From a virus (taxonomy: Duplodnaviria; Caudoviricetes): 64,000 bases of DNA. Position numbers and translations under genes: made by a program. The stretch is from the IMG/VR virus record IMGVR_UViG_3300045015_000053. One strand, written 5' to 3'. This document shows, piece after piece, positions 37,354 to 46,059 of this stretch (position 1 is its first letter; each line of letters starts with the position of its first letter). The notes under the pieces are model-generated. The model saw nothing but the letters and a program-made list of their open reading frames with translations, did not search any database and was not told where the DNA came from.

Positions 37354-37655
37354 CTCGATGTAGTGTGAATCGCCGTACCCAGTAGGGCGGCGTGAAAGGG
37401 ACAGATAAGGCGTCCGAAAACGGCGTGTAACGTAGCAATGGGCAAATCGCTTTGTGCGAAACTAGAACTAAGGTTCTAGTTTCAGGCACGGCAACCATAA
37501 AAACCGTGAGCCAGAGGTAGGGTCTGGACAGGCACGCCGCCTAAGACGAGATAATGGTCTTCAGTAACGTCGTTCGGAAAGTATGGTAGGCCAGCACGCA
37601 GCTATGCACATTGCTACCGGAGGCTGAGGTTCAGGTTCGAGTCCTGACATCGAGA
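37354..37655 (+). ncRNA. 302-nt RNA with tRNA ends, ~225-nt D-loop insert and 18-nt anticodon loop
   Basis: Acceptor CTCGATG/CATCGAG-A-CT; D stem GTGT/GCAC; CAGCT/GGCTG; T arm TCAGG-TTCGAGT-CCTGA. Confidence 0.6.
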
Positions 37656-37657
37656 CT

Positions 37658-38058
37658 TTACAACTCGAATCCGTCATCAGGGTTGGTGGTCCGCAGAGGC
37701 GAAGATTCGCCGGTCGGTTGGGCCGGTTTCGGAGCGGTCGGTTCGACGTACTTCTTCTTGCGGTAGTATTCGTCGGCCTGGGCGATGACCTTCATCTGGG
37801 CGAGGATTTTGTTCGCGAGCTTTCTCGATGCGGTCTTGATGCCTTTGGACAGATCGCGAACGCTGTTCGCAACGTCGTGGTATGCTTTGAAAACCGGGTC
37901 GTGCGGGTCCAGGCTCATACCCCGCTCACGAATGAGGGAGTTATAATTGTTGTCGAGGCCGGTGGTCATGCCGTCGAGCGCTTGACGATTTGCCTGAGAA
38001 CGTCGTGGTTCTCTGTGTAAGGTGTGTTGGTTTCGAGCCAGTTTTTGAATGAACGCAT
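37658..38058 (-). pseudogene. frameshifted gene with capsid-targeting-like N-terminus
   Basis: MRSFKNWLETN frame stops at 37966; coding-like sequence continues in another frame from ~37982. Confidence 0.5.
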
Positions 38059-38102
38059 GTCGCTCCTTTTGATGCGATATGTAGGGGTTGACTGACAAAA
38101 AC

Positions 38103-38173
38103 AGGTCGGTGATGTAATGGTAGCATAACAGTCTCCAAAACTGTTCGTCGGGGTTCGAGTCCCTGCCGACCTG
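38103..38173 (+). tRNA. tRNA-Trp(CCA)
   Basis: ACAGT-CT CCA AA-ACTGT. Confidence 0.9.
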
Positions 38174-38176
38174 CTT

Positions 38177-38425
38177 ATGAGAAAGAAAGAACAGACCGTG
38201 AAACAAGAACGCAAAGCGGTGCGAAAGCAACGCAGAGGCTGGTTCATCGTGAAGGCACAACACGACTGTGGCTGCTGCCACAGCGAGATGTACTTCAAAA
38301 GTGAAGCTTCGGCCAAGAAAGCTTGGTCGGCCGCTGGACTTCAGTTGTCGGCGAAGATTACCGACGACAAGGGAACCGTTCACGAAGGTGTGGATACGTT
38401 CTACGGGGTAGTCAGGATTTCTTGA
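38177..38425 (+). CDS. hypothetical protein
   Basis: 82-aa ORF directly after tRNA. Confidence 0.6.
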   Translation: MRKKEQTVKQERKAVRKQRRGWFIVKAQHDCGCCHSEMYFKSEASAKKAWSAAGLQLSAKITDDKGTVHEGVDTFYGVVRIS

Positions 38426-38810
38426 GCAGATCGAGAATCTGATTCTCGACATCCTTGTTCTGGTTCTTGAGGATCATCAGGATCTCTTTCTCGATCCTGA
38501 TGTCCTTCTTGATGAGGCGGCGGATACCGTGCAGGGTTCTCCGGTGGGCGGCTTCGGCCTTCTTCTCGGCGCGACCTTGCGACATCAGGATGAAGGGGGC
38601 TTGAAAGGCGGCAACCATGCTGAGAAGCAGGTTGAGTAGAATGAAGGGGTAGGGATCGAATTGAAGGTTCTTGGTGGCGAGCAGGTTCCAAGAAGCCCAA
38701 GCGGACATTACGCAGAGGGCCGAGATGATGAACCACCATGAGCCGCCGAAGCTGGCGATGTGGTCTGCGATGCGTTCGCTCCGGGTCCGGTCGTCGTGTG
38801 GCGGATTCAT
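38412..38810 (-). CDS. DUF1003 family membrane protein
   Basis: ADHIASFGGSWWFI, FDPYPFILLNLLLS, AAFQAPFILMSQ. Confidence 0.9.
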   Translation of the reverse strand: MNPPHDDRTRSERIADHIASFGGSWWFIISALCVMSAWASWNLLATKNLQFDPYPFILLNLLLSMVAAFQAPFILMSQGRAEKKAEAAHRRTLHGIRRLIKKDIRIEKEILMILKNQNKDVENQILDLLKKS

Positions 38811-38848
38811 CGTTGCCTCCCGTAGTAGTTGTTTGCAAGTATCTAGAA

Positions 38849-38923
38849 GGCCGATTGATCGTAGTAGTGGTAACTCGCTTGTTTTACACGCAAGAGTCGG
38901 GGGTTCGATTCCCTCATCGGCCA
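38849..38923 (+). tRNA. tRNA-Val(TAC)
   Basis: CTTGT-TT TAC AC-GCAAG. Confidence 0.8.
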
Positions 38924-38935
38924 CTGTTAGTTGAT

Positions 38936-39006
38936 AGATCCGTGTAGGTGGTCCTACAGCGAAACTCCAAATCTCGCCAAACCGGGTTCGATTCCTGGCG
39001 GATCTG
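38936..39006 (+). tRNA. tRNA-Trp(CCA), atypical D arm
   Basis: Loop CT CCA AA; acceptor AGATCCG/CGGATCT. Confidence 0.7.
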
Positions 39007-39503
39007 CTTCAAATTCTTCGATTAGTTTGGAGTCTTCATGACTAAGATAAGTCATGAAGACTAAACATTGCAAACGATGTTCGTTGGACTTGCCAACGTC
39101 ATCATTCTCGAAGAACTGCCGTAAATCTGATGGCCTTCAAATCAGTTGTAAAAGCTGTATGAAGGCAATGAACGCCAAACACTATGTCCAGTACAAAGAC
39201 AAGCAGTTGGCGATCAACCGAGAAAACAAACGCATCATCCGCGAAAAGGTTCGATTTCTGAAAGAGGCGAACCCTTGCGGTTGTGGCGAGTCTGCTGTGT
39301 GCTGTTTGGACTTCCACCATATCGGGAAGAAGTCTGACACGATTTCAAGGATGTTGTCCAACACATACAGTTGGGAGCGACTGGAAGCTGAACTCAGGAA
39401 ATGTTGTGTGTTGTGCGCCAACTGCCATCGCAAGCATCATGCGGGCGAAAAATTGAAGTTCAAATGCGTTCCGATTTTGTTGTGATTCCTGGCGGATCTG
39501 CTT
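38990..39503 (+). mobile_element. HNH cassette bounded by a 20-bp direct repeat of the tRNA-Trp 3' end
   Basis: GATTCCTGGCGGATCTGCTT at 38990-39009 and 39484-39503. Confidence 0.75.
39054..39485 (+). CDS. HNH endonuclease, tRNA-associated family
   Basis: CKRC...CKSC; CLDFHH...KCCVLCANCHRKHH. Confidence 0.9.
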   Translation: MKTKHCKRCSLDLPTSSFSKNCRKSDGLQISCKSCMKAMNAKHYVQYKDKQLAINRENKRIIREKVRFLKEANPCGCGESAVCCLDFHHIGKKSDTISRMLSNTYSWERLEAELRKCCVLCANCHRKHHAGEKLKFKCVPILL

Positions 39504-39504
39504 G

Positions 39505-40221
39505 ATGATCAATCCCAACAACCCGTACACCAACATGCAAAAAAGGGTGTACGGCTCGCAGTCGCCGTGGTGGTCGGTTCATCGACGCGATCCCGTTGTC
39601 GGGACGTTCGACGCCCACAACAAACACTCCGACTACGAGTTGTTGTTCAAAGGAATCGACACCAAAGAACTGGTCGCACTCGACTTCGGATGTGGTCCGG
39701 GTCGAAACATCGTGAAGTACGCCGGCCGCTTCCGTCGTATCGACGGCGTGGATCTCGACTACGCCAACCTGCTCAACGCGAAGAGTTGGGCCGATCACAA
39801 CGGGTTGAACGGGTTCAAACTGTACCTGTGCAACGGTGTGGATCTCGGCGGCATCGGAAATGACGAGTACGATCTGGTGATGACGACGATCACCCTTCAA
39901 CACATCTGCGTACACGAGATACGCCAGAACTACTTCCGAGAGTTCTGTCGGGTGCTGAAGCCGGGCGGTCGGTTGTCGTTCCAAATGGGGTTCGGGTCGC
40001 CGTCGCCGAACGCGGTGAGCTATTACGCGAACCACTACGAGGCGACCGCGACGAACAGGGGTTGCGACACCGAGGTGTCCGACCCGGATCATCTAAAAGA
40101 AGATCTGGGCAAGGCCGGTTTCGATGGGTTCGAGTACGATCTGCGGCCACCGGGTCCGGGTGACTATCACCCCCAGTGGATCTTCGTGCGGGCGAGAAGT
40201 CGCGCTCAGGAGGATAGATAG
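39505..40221 (+). CDS. class I SAM-dependent methyltransferase
   Basis: ALDFGCGPGRN, GVDL, YDLVMTTITLQHI, RVLKPGG. Confidence 0.9.
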   Translation: MINPNNPYTNMQKRVYGSQSPWWSVHRRDPVVGTFDAHNKHSDYELLFKGIDTKELVALDFGCGPGRNIVKYAGRFRRIDGVDLDYANLLNAKSWADHNGLNGFKLYLCNGVDLGGIGNDEYDLVMTTITLQHICVHEIRQNYFREFCRVLKPGGRLSFQMGFGSPSPNAVSYYANHYEATATNRGCDTEVSDPDHLKEDLGKAGFDGFEYDLRPPGPGDYHPQWIFVRARSRAQEDR

Positions 40222-40572
40222 GTGTGAACGATTCACGCCGAGCTAAGGAGGCTCATGAGCGAAAAGGACTTCAAAAACAAGCGTGCGCGTAAGGCACTGC
40301 GGGATTTGTGAGAGGTACAGTGAGCGGCTGTCGTTGTTCGAGGCCGAGTTGATGGTGTTGGCGATCAGGGCGGGCAGCATGGTGGCGGCTCTGAAAGAAA
40401 TTGGGATTGCAAAAAGCAGGATAAAGGGCATACTGAGAGCGGCCAGGGAACTGGACGAAAAACTCAGAGACATGTGAACCTTCGGATGGACGGCAGCGTC
40501 CATCCAGTACAGAGATCCGGCGAGAAGCAACAGGATGAAGGGCGTGACGCTCGCTTGTGATTATGAGTTAAC

Positions 40573-40643
40573 GGGGTCGTGGTGAAGTGGTATCATGCGA
40601 CAATGGCATTGTTGAGGTAGGGGTTCGATTCCCCTCGGCTCCA
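40573..40643 (+). tRNA. tRNA-Ala(GGC)
   Basis: G3:U70 pair; CGACA-AT GGC AT-TGTTG. Confidence 0.85.
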
Positions 40644-40654
40644 CTAAAGGTGTG

Positions 40655-40894
40655 ATGATGACGGACGAAGAACTTTGGGACGCTCTCGACGGCTTGTTCG
40701 CCTATGACATGGGCTGTCGCTCGTCGGGCATCAAAGATGATAAGCTTCGAGATCGCGTCAAGGCTGAATTGGAGAAAGACAAGCTGAGACTGTCGCGCAT
40801 CGTCAGAGATCGAATGCTGACGGAAAACCGACTGGCTCAAGGATACGGTCTGGAAGACGTAAAAGAGTTCATTGATTGGTCAGACCGCCTGTAG
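40655..40894 (+). CDS. hypothetical protein
   Basis: AAAGGT RBS. Confidence 0.65.
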   Translation: MMTDEELWDALDGLFAYDMGCRSSGIKDDKLRDRVKAELEKDKLRLSRIVRDRMLTENRLAQGYGLEDVKEFIDWSDRL

Positions 40895-40904
40895 GAAGAA
40901 AGTC

Positions 40905-41270
40905 ATGAGCGTCAGAAGTCGCGCGGCGAACAAGGCAAAGGCTACGAAGCTCGGCATCTCGCTCCAAAAGATCGAGAAGCTCCACCTACCCTACAGCGGG
41001 TGCGGTGACGCGGCCGAGTGGCACAGTCTTCTGGGCGAGTTCCTCGCGACCTACAAGGACGCGAAGCCACGGGTCGAAATCGATGTTGACGGGTACGATG
41101 GGTATCCAGACAACGTGGTGGTTTCGGCCGTCGTGGACAAGACCGATCAGGAACTGATCAACGAGATCAAGTCGAAGGAAGACCTGATCGCCGCTCAGAA
41201 GAAGAAGATCGAAGACAAGGAACGGGCTGAACTCGAACGGCTTGAGGCCAAGTACAGGAAGAAGTCATGA
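40905..41270 (+). CDS. hypothetical protein
   Basis: AGGAAG RBS; C-terminal coiled coil. Confidence 0.7.
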   Translation: MSVRSRAANKAKATKLGISLQKIEKLHLPYSGCGDAAEWHSLLGEFLATYKDAKPRVEIDVDGYDGYPDNVVVSAVVDKTDQELINEIKSKEDLIAAQKKKIEDKERAELERLEAKYRKKS

Positions 41271-41500
41271 TCACCGACGACGACCGCGCCTACGTCGCAA
41301 AGAAGATCGGCGAGTGGGTTGCCACCCTAGAAGCCGAGGGTTTGGCCGACAAGCCGATCATGTCTTGTGCGTGCGGGCAGTGTCCGAATGGGGTCGTCAC
41401 GCCGCGCAGCGTTCTCAGGGACATTGAGAACCGGACGGAAGAGGGCGAGCGGTTCGTTGAGAGTTGGGTGGACTTGAACGTCCGAGGTATTCTGAAATGA
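41267..41500 (+). CDS. hypothetical protein
   Basis: ATGA coupling. Confidence 0.65.
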   Translation: MITDDDRAYVAKKIGEWVATLEAEGLADKPIMSCACGQCPNGVVTPRSVLRDIENRTEEGERFVESWVDLNVRGILK

Positions 41501-41709
41501 CGCCTCCTTTCCCGAATTTCATCGCCGTGGTGCTTGGTCTGTCGATGGCGTCCTGTTTTTTCTTGGGTGGCAACATCCGAAAGTGGATGTTGGGGCATAA
41601 ATTGGATGTGTGGGAAAAGGCCGGGATGCTGTTGCACCCGGTGGTGATTGTGGCGGGTGTCGTGAACGTGTTCTTGGCACTTGGGAATAAGGGGTCACTA
41701 GCGGACTAG
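41497..41709 (+). CDS. small membrane protein
   Basis: Two hydrophobic segments; stop lies inside tRNA-Ala(CGC). Confidence 0.55.
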   Translation: MTPPFPNFIAVVLGLSMASCFFLGGNIRKWMLGHKLDVWEKAGMLLHPVVIVAGVVNVFLALGNKGSLAD

Positions 41710-41758
41710 CTCTGTCGTTCGCAACGACGGATTCGGGGTTCGACTCCCCGTGGCTCCA
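41691..41758 (+). tRNA. tRNA-Ala(CGC), shortened D arm
   Basis: G3:U70; loop TT CGC AA; 68 nt. Confidence 0.75.
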
Positions 41759-41814
41759 CTGCACGCTTCTTGCTGAAATGCGGATAAATCGACGTGCGTT
41801 AAAAATATCGGCCT

Positions 41815-41885
41815 GGGGTGTTGGTATAGTGGTATTACGTCTGCTTTGCAAGCAGAAGACCGGGGTCCGATTCCCCGACGCTCCA
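41815..41885 (+). tRNA. tRNA-Ala(TGC)
   Basis: TCTGC-TT TGC AA-GCAGA; G3:U70. Confidence 0.85.
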
Positions 41886-41887
41886 CT

Positions 41888-41947
41888 GCGAAGATGACAG
41901 TTGGGATTACATCGCCAATGTGAAATCTCAGCGACTTTTTGCTTCGC
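41888..41947 (+). ncRNA. tRNA-associated RNA module, copy 6
   Basis: GCGAAG-ATG..GGGATT-ACAT..ATGT-GA-AATCTC..TTTTTG-CTTCGC between two tRNAs. Confidence 0.65.
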
Positions 41948-41951
41948 GATT

Positions 41952-42022
41952 GCCTTCATAGTTTAGTGGCAGAACACGATCTTGGTAAGATTGAAACCTG
42001 AGTTCGATTCTCAGTGAAGGCT
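41952..42022 (+). tRNA. tRNA-Thr(GGT)
   Basis: CGATC-TT GGT AA-GATTG. Confidence 0.9.
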
Positions 42023-42035
42023 CTTGGAGACACCG

Positions 42036-42350
42036 ATGTCATCCGAAGAAGATGAGGTTGAAGGTGGTCCGTGTCACACGGTGACGGCGGAAGACATGAT
42101 CGAGATACGCCGGCGCATGTGCGGCGGTGATGTCCTCAAGCTAGTCAACCACTACTTGATTTCATACGGCACGCCGTACTCGGCAGAATTGGTTGTGAAC
42201 GACACCAGTCTCGTCTGCGTGACGAAGGACGTGTCGGAAGGCCAAAGCACCGAGTGCTACAACGCCGAAGAGTTGTTGAAGTCACTGGAACGCTGTTCTT
42301 CGACGGAAGACGTGCGAGTGGTTTTGGAAGAAAGCGGTCTGGCTCTGTGA
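42036..42350 (+). CDS. hypothetical protein
   Basis: GGAG RBS. Confidence 0.6.
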   Translation: MSSEEDEVEGGPCHTVTAEDMIEIRRRMCGGDVLKLVNHYLISYGTPYSAELVVNDTSLVCVTKDVSEGQSTECYNAEELLKSLERCSSTEDVRVVLEESGLAL

Positions 42351-42360
42351 ATGGGGGAAC

Positions 42361-42717
42361 TTGAGGACGTTTAACGAGTGGGTTCTGCTGCAAGAAGATA
42401 CGATCTGGGAGAAGCACGGTCGCGATCTCCCGTCCATCTTTAAGTCAACCCATTATGCTCTGCCGACCTATCAACAACTGGAAGAGTTCAGCGACTATCC
42501 CGAACTGACGGCAGAAGAGATCGTTCAAGGTTTCGGGTATACGATTGTGGGTCGTGGCGTGAGCAGTCCCGACAACTGCAAGAAGATCGTTGAGTCGATT
42601 CGGTTGTTGGTGGAGCGATACCCCGACCGGCTGGAATACAAAGAGGCGTTGACTAAGGCCGAAGAAGAGGCCAAGATCAAACTCGAAAAGTGGCGCAGGG
42701 GGGTACGTTTCCCGTAA
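42361..42717 (+). CDS. hypothetical protein with capsid-targeting-like N-terminus
   Basis: TTG start; MRTFNEWVLLQE. Confidence 0.7.
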   Translation: MRTFNEWVLLQEDTIWEKHGRDLPSIFKSTHYALPTYQQLEEFSDYPELTAEEIVQGFGYTIVGRGVSSPDNCKKIVESIRLLVERYPDRLEYKEALTKAEEEAKIKLEKWRRGVRFP

Positions 42718-42730
42718 TGGAGGGATTGTC

Positions 42731-43162
42731 ATGACGCTTCCGACCGGCAAGAACAAGACGAAGCTCGTCCGCGAGGGTGAGGAAAAACGGCTCGCACAAG
42801 AAAGTGAGCAGAAGCGGCAAGAGACGGAAAAGGCTGCGGCCGAGCAGCGAAAGAAGGATGACGAGTTCTCCAAGCTCGTCACGAGCTTGAAGGAACGGAT
42901 CGAAGCAACCGTTTACCGCGCGATCAACGCCGGTCATCGGGAAACCGAGATCATCATCCCGAAGGACTACGCCGAGCCTCGATACCTCGAAGCGTGGACG
43001 AAGGCGGTGGTCGGGCTGCGGCGCAGTTACGGCAAAGAATACAAGTTCGATTTGCACGAACACCGCCTATACTGTGACAACAGGTTCGAGGCCGCGAACG
43101 TGGACGGCGTCAGCTACCAAGAGTGGACCGAAGACGCTCACAGGTTGAAGGTCACTTGGTGA
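42731..43162 (+). CDS. hypothetical protein
   Basis: GGAGG RBS. Confidence 0.7.
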   Translation: MTLPTGKNKTKLVREGEEKRLAQESEQKRQETEKAAAEQRKKDDEFSKLVTSLKERIEATVYRAINAGHRETEIIIPKDYAEPRYLEAWTKAVVGLRRSYGKEYKFDLHEHRLYCDNRFEAANVDGVSYQEWTEDAHRLKVTW

Positions 43163-43204
43163 TTTTGCGGTGAAGTTTGAAAACGGGTCTATAATGACCT
43201 TGAT

Positions 43205-43278
43205 GGTGTGCGTGGTGTAGTGGCTTTGCACGTTTCCCTGTGAAGGAAAAGGTGGCGGATCGTAACCGCTCGCACACC
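43205..43278 (+). tRNA. tRNA-His(GTG)
   Basis: G-1:C73 8-bp acceptor; TTTCC-CT GTG AA-GGAAA; atypical T loop ATCGTAA. Confidence 0.8.
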
Positions 43279-43345
43279 CTAGTCGAGATGACAGACAGGA
43301 GTACATTCACTACTCGTTCTCTTGTCAACTTATTGCTCGGCTTAT

Positions 43346-43413
43346 GCCCCGCCCTGCGGTCAGGTTCGGAGTCTACGAAACTCTGAAGTTCCGTTCGACT
43401 CGGAAGCGGGGTA
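43346..43413 (+). tRNA. tRNA-Arg(ACG), compact
   Basis: GGAGT-CT ACG AA-ACTCT; acceptor GCCCCGC/GCGGGGT. Confidence 0.7.
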
Positions 43414-43416
43414 CTT

Positions 43417-43487
43417 GCCCGGTCCAGCGGTTTACCGGCACTGAGCTTGCGAAGCTCGGTTGCGTGGTTCGACTCCACGACAGGGTA
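43417..43487 (+). tRNA. tRNA-Arg(GCG)
   Basis: TGAGC-TT GCG AA-GCTCG. Confidence 0.7.
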
Positions 43488-43491
43488 CTCG

Positions 43492-43553
43492 GTGAGATGA
43501 ACGTAGGGATTACATTGGTTATGTGAAATCTCTACAACCTTTTTGCTCATCAC
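43492..43553 (+). ncRNA. tRNA-associated RNA module, copy 7
   Basis: GTGAG-ATG..GTAGGGATT-ACAT..ATGT-GA-AATCTCTAC..TTTTTG-CTCAT. Confidence 0.65.
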
Positions 43554-43574
43554 ATTTTCTTCCGAAAGGCGCGA

Positions 43575-43853
43575 ATGGCGACGAGTGGCGACCCTGAGAT
43601 CTGGTTGTTGCAACGCATTGATGAGTTGCAGGACAAACCTAATTGGCCCGCGACCCACAAGAACATCTGGCAGGGCAGTTATGATGTGTGGTTCTCGGAA
43701 CAAGATCGGATCGACGCCTACGAGATTCCAAAAAGACGGATGGCGAGCGCTGTCAAGCAGGATCTCATTCAGAGTAGCATCAAGGAAGTCGGGAAGTACA
43801 AGTTCGAGGTCTGGAGTTTGACCGAGAAGGGCAAGCAGTTGATTGGCAAGTGA
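43575..43853 (+). CDS. hypothetical protein
   Basis: 92-aa ORF. Confidence 0.65.
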   Translation: MATSGDPEIWLLQRIDELQDKPNWPATHKNIWQGSYDVWFSEQDRIDAYEIPKRRMASAVKQDLIQSSIKEVGKYKFEVWSLTEKGKQLIGK

Positions 43854-43866
43854 TGTGGGCAATAAC

Positions 43867-44058
43867 ATGAGCAAGACGATTTTGCCGTGGCCGATGATTT
43901 TGGGGCTAACCGCCGGAATCATGGTCGGAAATTGTTGCTTGAAATTGCTTGAAGACTGGCCTCGCGACAAAGGGTTGTTGTTCGGTTTGGTTTGCGGCCT
44001 CGTGAACGTTGTTTTGTGCGGTTCGTTCCGTGTAATTGAATGGATGGTTCGGCGTTAA
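43867..44058 (+). CDS. small membrane protein
   Basis: Two hydrophobic segments. Confidence 0.55.
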   Translation: MSKTILPWPMILGLTAGIMVGNCCLKLLEDWPRDKGLLFGLVCGLVNVVLCGSFRVIEWMVRR

Positions 44059-44132
44059 CGGCCCATAGTGTAGTGGTTTCTGCACGAGAGTCTGATAAAC
44101 TCTAAGTCGAAGTTCGATTCTTCGTGGGCCGA
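44059..44132 (+). tRNA. tRNA-Ile(GAT)
   Basis: AGAGT-CT GAT AA-ACTCT. Confidence 0.9.
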
Positions 44133-44141
44133 CTGATTGAT

Positions 44142-44211
44142 GGTGTACGACTCCGGTGAGTAGTTGTGGTTGTGAACTATGACAAGGTGGGTTCGACCCC
44201 CATCGTACACC
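44142..44211 (+). tRNA. tRNA-His(GTG), short D arm
   Basis: GGTGTACG/CGTACACC; loop TT GTG AA. Confidence 0.75.
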
Positions 44212-44214
44212 CTT

Positions 44215-44292
44215 GCGAGATGACCTTGTTGGGGATTACATTCCTTTTCAGAATGTGCCGAAAGGCACAATCTCCGACGTTCTTTTGCTCGC
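44215..44292 (+). ncRNA. tRNA-associated RNA module, copy 8
   Basis: GCGAG-ATG..GGGATT-ACATT..AATGT[GTGCCGAAAGGCAC]AATCTC..T-run-G-CTCGC. Confidence 0.65.
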
Positions 44293-44298
44293 TTTATT

Positions 44299-44370
44299 CG
44301 GCCTGTCGTTCAATGGTTAGGACAGTGGTCTGATAAACCGCAAACGGTGGTTCGACTCCACCCAGGCCGA
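44299..44370 (+). tRNA. tRNA-Ile(GAT)
   Basis: GTGGT-CT GAT AA-ACCGC. Confidence 0.9.
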
Positions 44371-44422
44371 CTTCTGTCTGATAATTTTTCCAATTTATCA
44401 GACAACATGGCTATAATACGTC

Positions 44423-44890
44423 ATGGAGAAATACTGCTCGACATGCAAGCAGACCAAGCTTTGCTCTGCATTCAACAAGAACCGCTATCGCAAAGACGGC
44501 CTGCAAGTCAGGTGCAGAGATTGCGACAAAGCCAGATCAAAACAGAGGTATCAGGGCGAGTACAAAGACTACTACATCGCCAAGAGCCAAGAGACGCTGG
44601 CTGCACGACGCCAGTGGTTCGAGGATTACAAGAAAGACAAATGCTGTTCACGGTGTGGCGACCTTCGCTGGTATGTGTTGGAGTTTCACCACCGTGACGG
44701 CGTTGACAAGGAAGACGAAATCTCTCGAATGGTCTTCAACAAGAGATCGGTCGATAAGATCATGCTGGAGATAGCCAAGTGCGATCTGGTGTGCGCCAAC
44801 TGCCACCGTGAATTGCACCACATGCAAAAACAGACGGGCGGTTCGACCCCGCCCTTCCGTACTGACGGGTTTCCACCCAGTAAAAACTAG
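44423..44890 (+). CDS. HNH endonuclease, tRNA-associated family
   Basis: CSRCG...LEFHH...KCDLVCANCHRELH; TATAAT 5 nt upstream. Confidence 0.9.
   Translation: MEKYCSTCKQTKLCSAFNKNRYRKDGLQVRCRDCDKARSKQRYQGEYKDYYIAKSQETLAARRQWFEDYKKDKCCSRCGDLRWYVLEFHHRDGVDKEDEISRMVFNKRSVDKIMLEIAKCDLVCANCHRELHHMQKQTGGSTPPFRTDGFPPSKN
44833..44861 (+). pseudogene. orphan tRNA 3' half inside the HNH gene end
   Basis: GGCGG-TTCGACC-CCGCC-CTTCCGT-A-CT. Confidence 0.55.
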
Positions 44891-44997
44891 CAGGGTATCG
44901 GCTAGTTTCCCTGTCTACCCATAACCTCTGGTACGCTTGCGTGCCGGAAGGCTGAAACAACAGTGTACTGGTCGCTTTGCGGCCGGTGGGGACAAAA

Positions 44998-45070
44998 GGC
45001 GGCGTAGCCAAGTGGTAAGGCACCTACCCGCAAGGTAGGAGATTCGGGGGTTCGAGTCCTTCCGCCGCCT
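44998..45070 (+). tRNA. tRNA-Cys(GCA)
   Basis: CCTAC-CC GCA AG-GTAGG; U73. Confidence 0.8.
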
Positions 45071-45084
45071 CTGAGGATTTCAAG

Positions 45085-45312
45085 ATGAAAGACTTCGATG
45101 AAACCGTCGCGCGGTTCAAGAATCAAGAACTCGACGTAGACGATTGGAACTTTGTCGTCCACTACGAAGGTGCCGGCGACTACGCGGCCTACATCATGGG
45201 CGAAGGCTCTCAGCAGTGCCTCGCCTACAAGACGGGGTTCGCGAGCAAGGAAGTAGTCATCGAGTTCTTCAAGTCCCTCGGCGTCAGCCGGGTACTCGAA
45301 GGGCTTGGGTAA
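45085..45312 (+). CDS. hypothetical protein
   Basis: GAGG RBS. Confidence 0.65.
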   Translation: MKDFDETVARFKNQELDVDDWNFVVHYEGAGDYAAYIMGEGSQQCLAYKTGFASKEVVIEFFKSLGVSRVLEGLG

Positions 45313-45383
45313 CAGGGGTAATTGTTACGGTAGCATTCTACTTTTGGAAAGTAGCAGCGTGGGTTCGACTCCCGCACCCCTGA
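45313..45383 (+). tRNA. tRNA-Pro(TGG)
   Basis: CTACT-TT TGG AA-AGTAG. Confidence 0.85.
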
Positions 45384-45401
45384 CTCGGAAACGCCTATGA
45401 C

Positions 45402-45602
45402 ATGAGGGCCGAGCAGAGAACCTTCACCGCCGAACTTCTGGCTTGGGGTTCTCTCCTGCTGGCTCTGGGCTTTCTGGTGGTCCCCATCTTGATGGGCGAA
45501 CCACGGCACATGTCGAACCCGATCTGCGAAAACGGGTTCATCGTGTTCGGCTTCGCCTGTTGCGCGTTTTTCTTGGTCGTGTTCGTGAATCCTGACAAAT
45601 GA
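45402..45602 (+). CDS. small membrane protein
   Basis: Two hydrophobic segments. Confidence 0.6.
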   Translation: MRAEQRTFTAELLAWGSLLLALGFLVVPILMGEPRHMSNPICENGFIVFGFACCAFFLVVFVNPDK

Positions 45603-45603
45603 C

Positions 45604-46001
45604 CGGGGACAAGTGTTCCGCTTCTGCTATAATTTGGGTATGAGCAGAGCAGAATACCGTCGCGAGTATCGTCGCCGTCGCAACTTGACCGACCCGAACT
45701 GGCGCAAAACAGAAAACGCAGATCAACTGAAACGGATTGAGCGAAATCGCCAGTTCGTAAATGAATTCAAGAAAAACAAAGGTTGCAAGTATTGCCCGGA
45801 GGCGGCTGTTTGTTGCCTCGACCTCCATCACCGAGATGGTGAAGAGAAAGACAAGGCGGTTTCCTACATGGTCAAAATGGGCTATGGTTTGGAACGCCTA
45901 AACGAAGAGATTCAGAAGTGTGACGTGGTGTGTGCAAACTGTCATCGCAAGTTGCACGCTGGTCACGTTCTGAATAGTAGATAACGGGGACAAGTGTTCC
46001 G
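45604..46001 (+). mobile_element. HNH cassette bounded by a 17-bp direct repeat of the tRNA-Pro 5' end
   Basis: CGGGGACAAGTGTTCCG at 45604-45620 and 45985-46001. Confidence 0.75.
45640..45984 (+). CDS. HNH endonuclease, tRNA-associated family
   Basis: GCKYC...CLDLHH...KCDVVCANCHRKLH; TATAAT 6 nt upstream. Confidence 0.9.
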   Translation: MSRAEYRREYRRRRNLTDPNWRKTENADQLKRIERNRQFVNEFKKNKGCKYCPEAAVCCLDLHHRDGEEKDKAVSYMVKMGYGLERLNEEIQKCDVVCANCHRKLHAGHVLNSR

Positions 46002-46056
46002 GTACGCACCCGTGCTTTGGGAGCATGGAGAGCGGGTTCGATTCCCGCGTCCCCGA
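45985..46056 (+). tRNA. tRNA-Pro(TGG)
   Basis: CGTGC-TT TGG GA-GCATG. Confidence 0.8.
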
Positions 46057-46059
46057 CTT

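Noticed and set aside
37354-37655. tmRNA
   Set aside because: No GGGG start or G3:U70 pair, has a D stem, and no tag frame was recognised.
40243-40530. Gene call between the methyltransferase and tRNA-Ala
   Set aside because: Competing ORFs on both strands, neither with a convincing start or RBS.
41888-41947. Module as a theta (HDV-like), hammerhead, twister or pistol ribozyme
   Set aside because: No HDV nested pseudoknot, no CUGAUGA/GAAA core, and no twister or pistol consensus visible. Kept as an unnamed motif.
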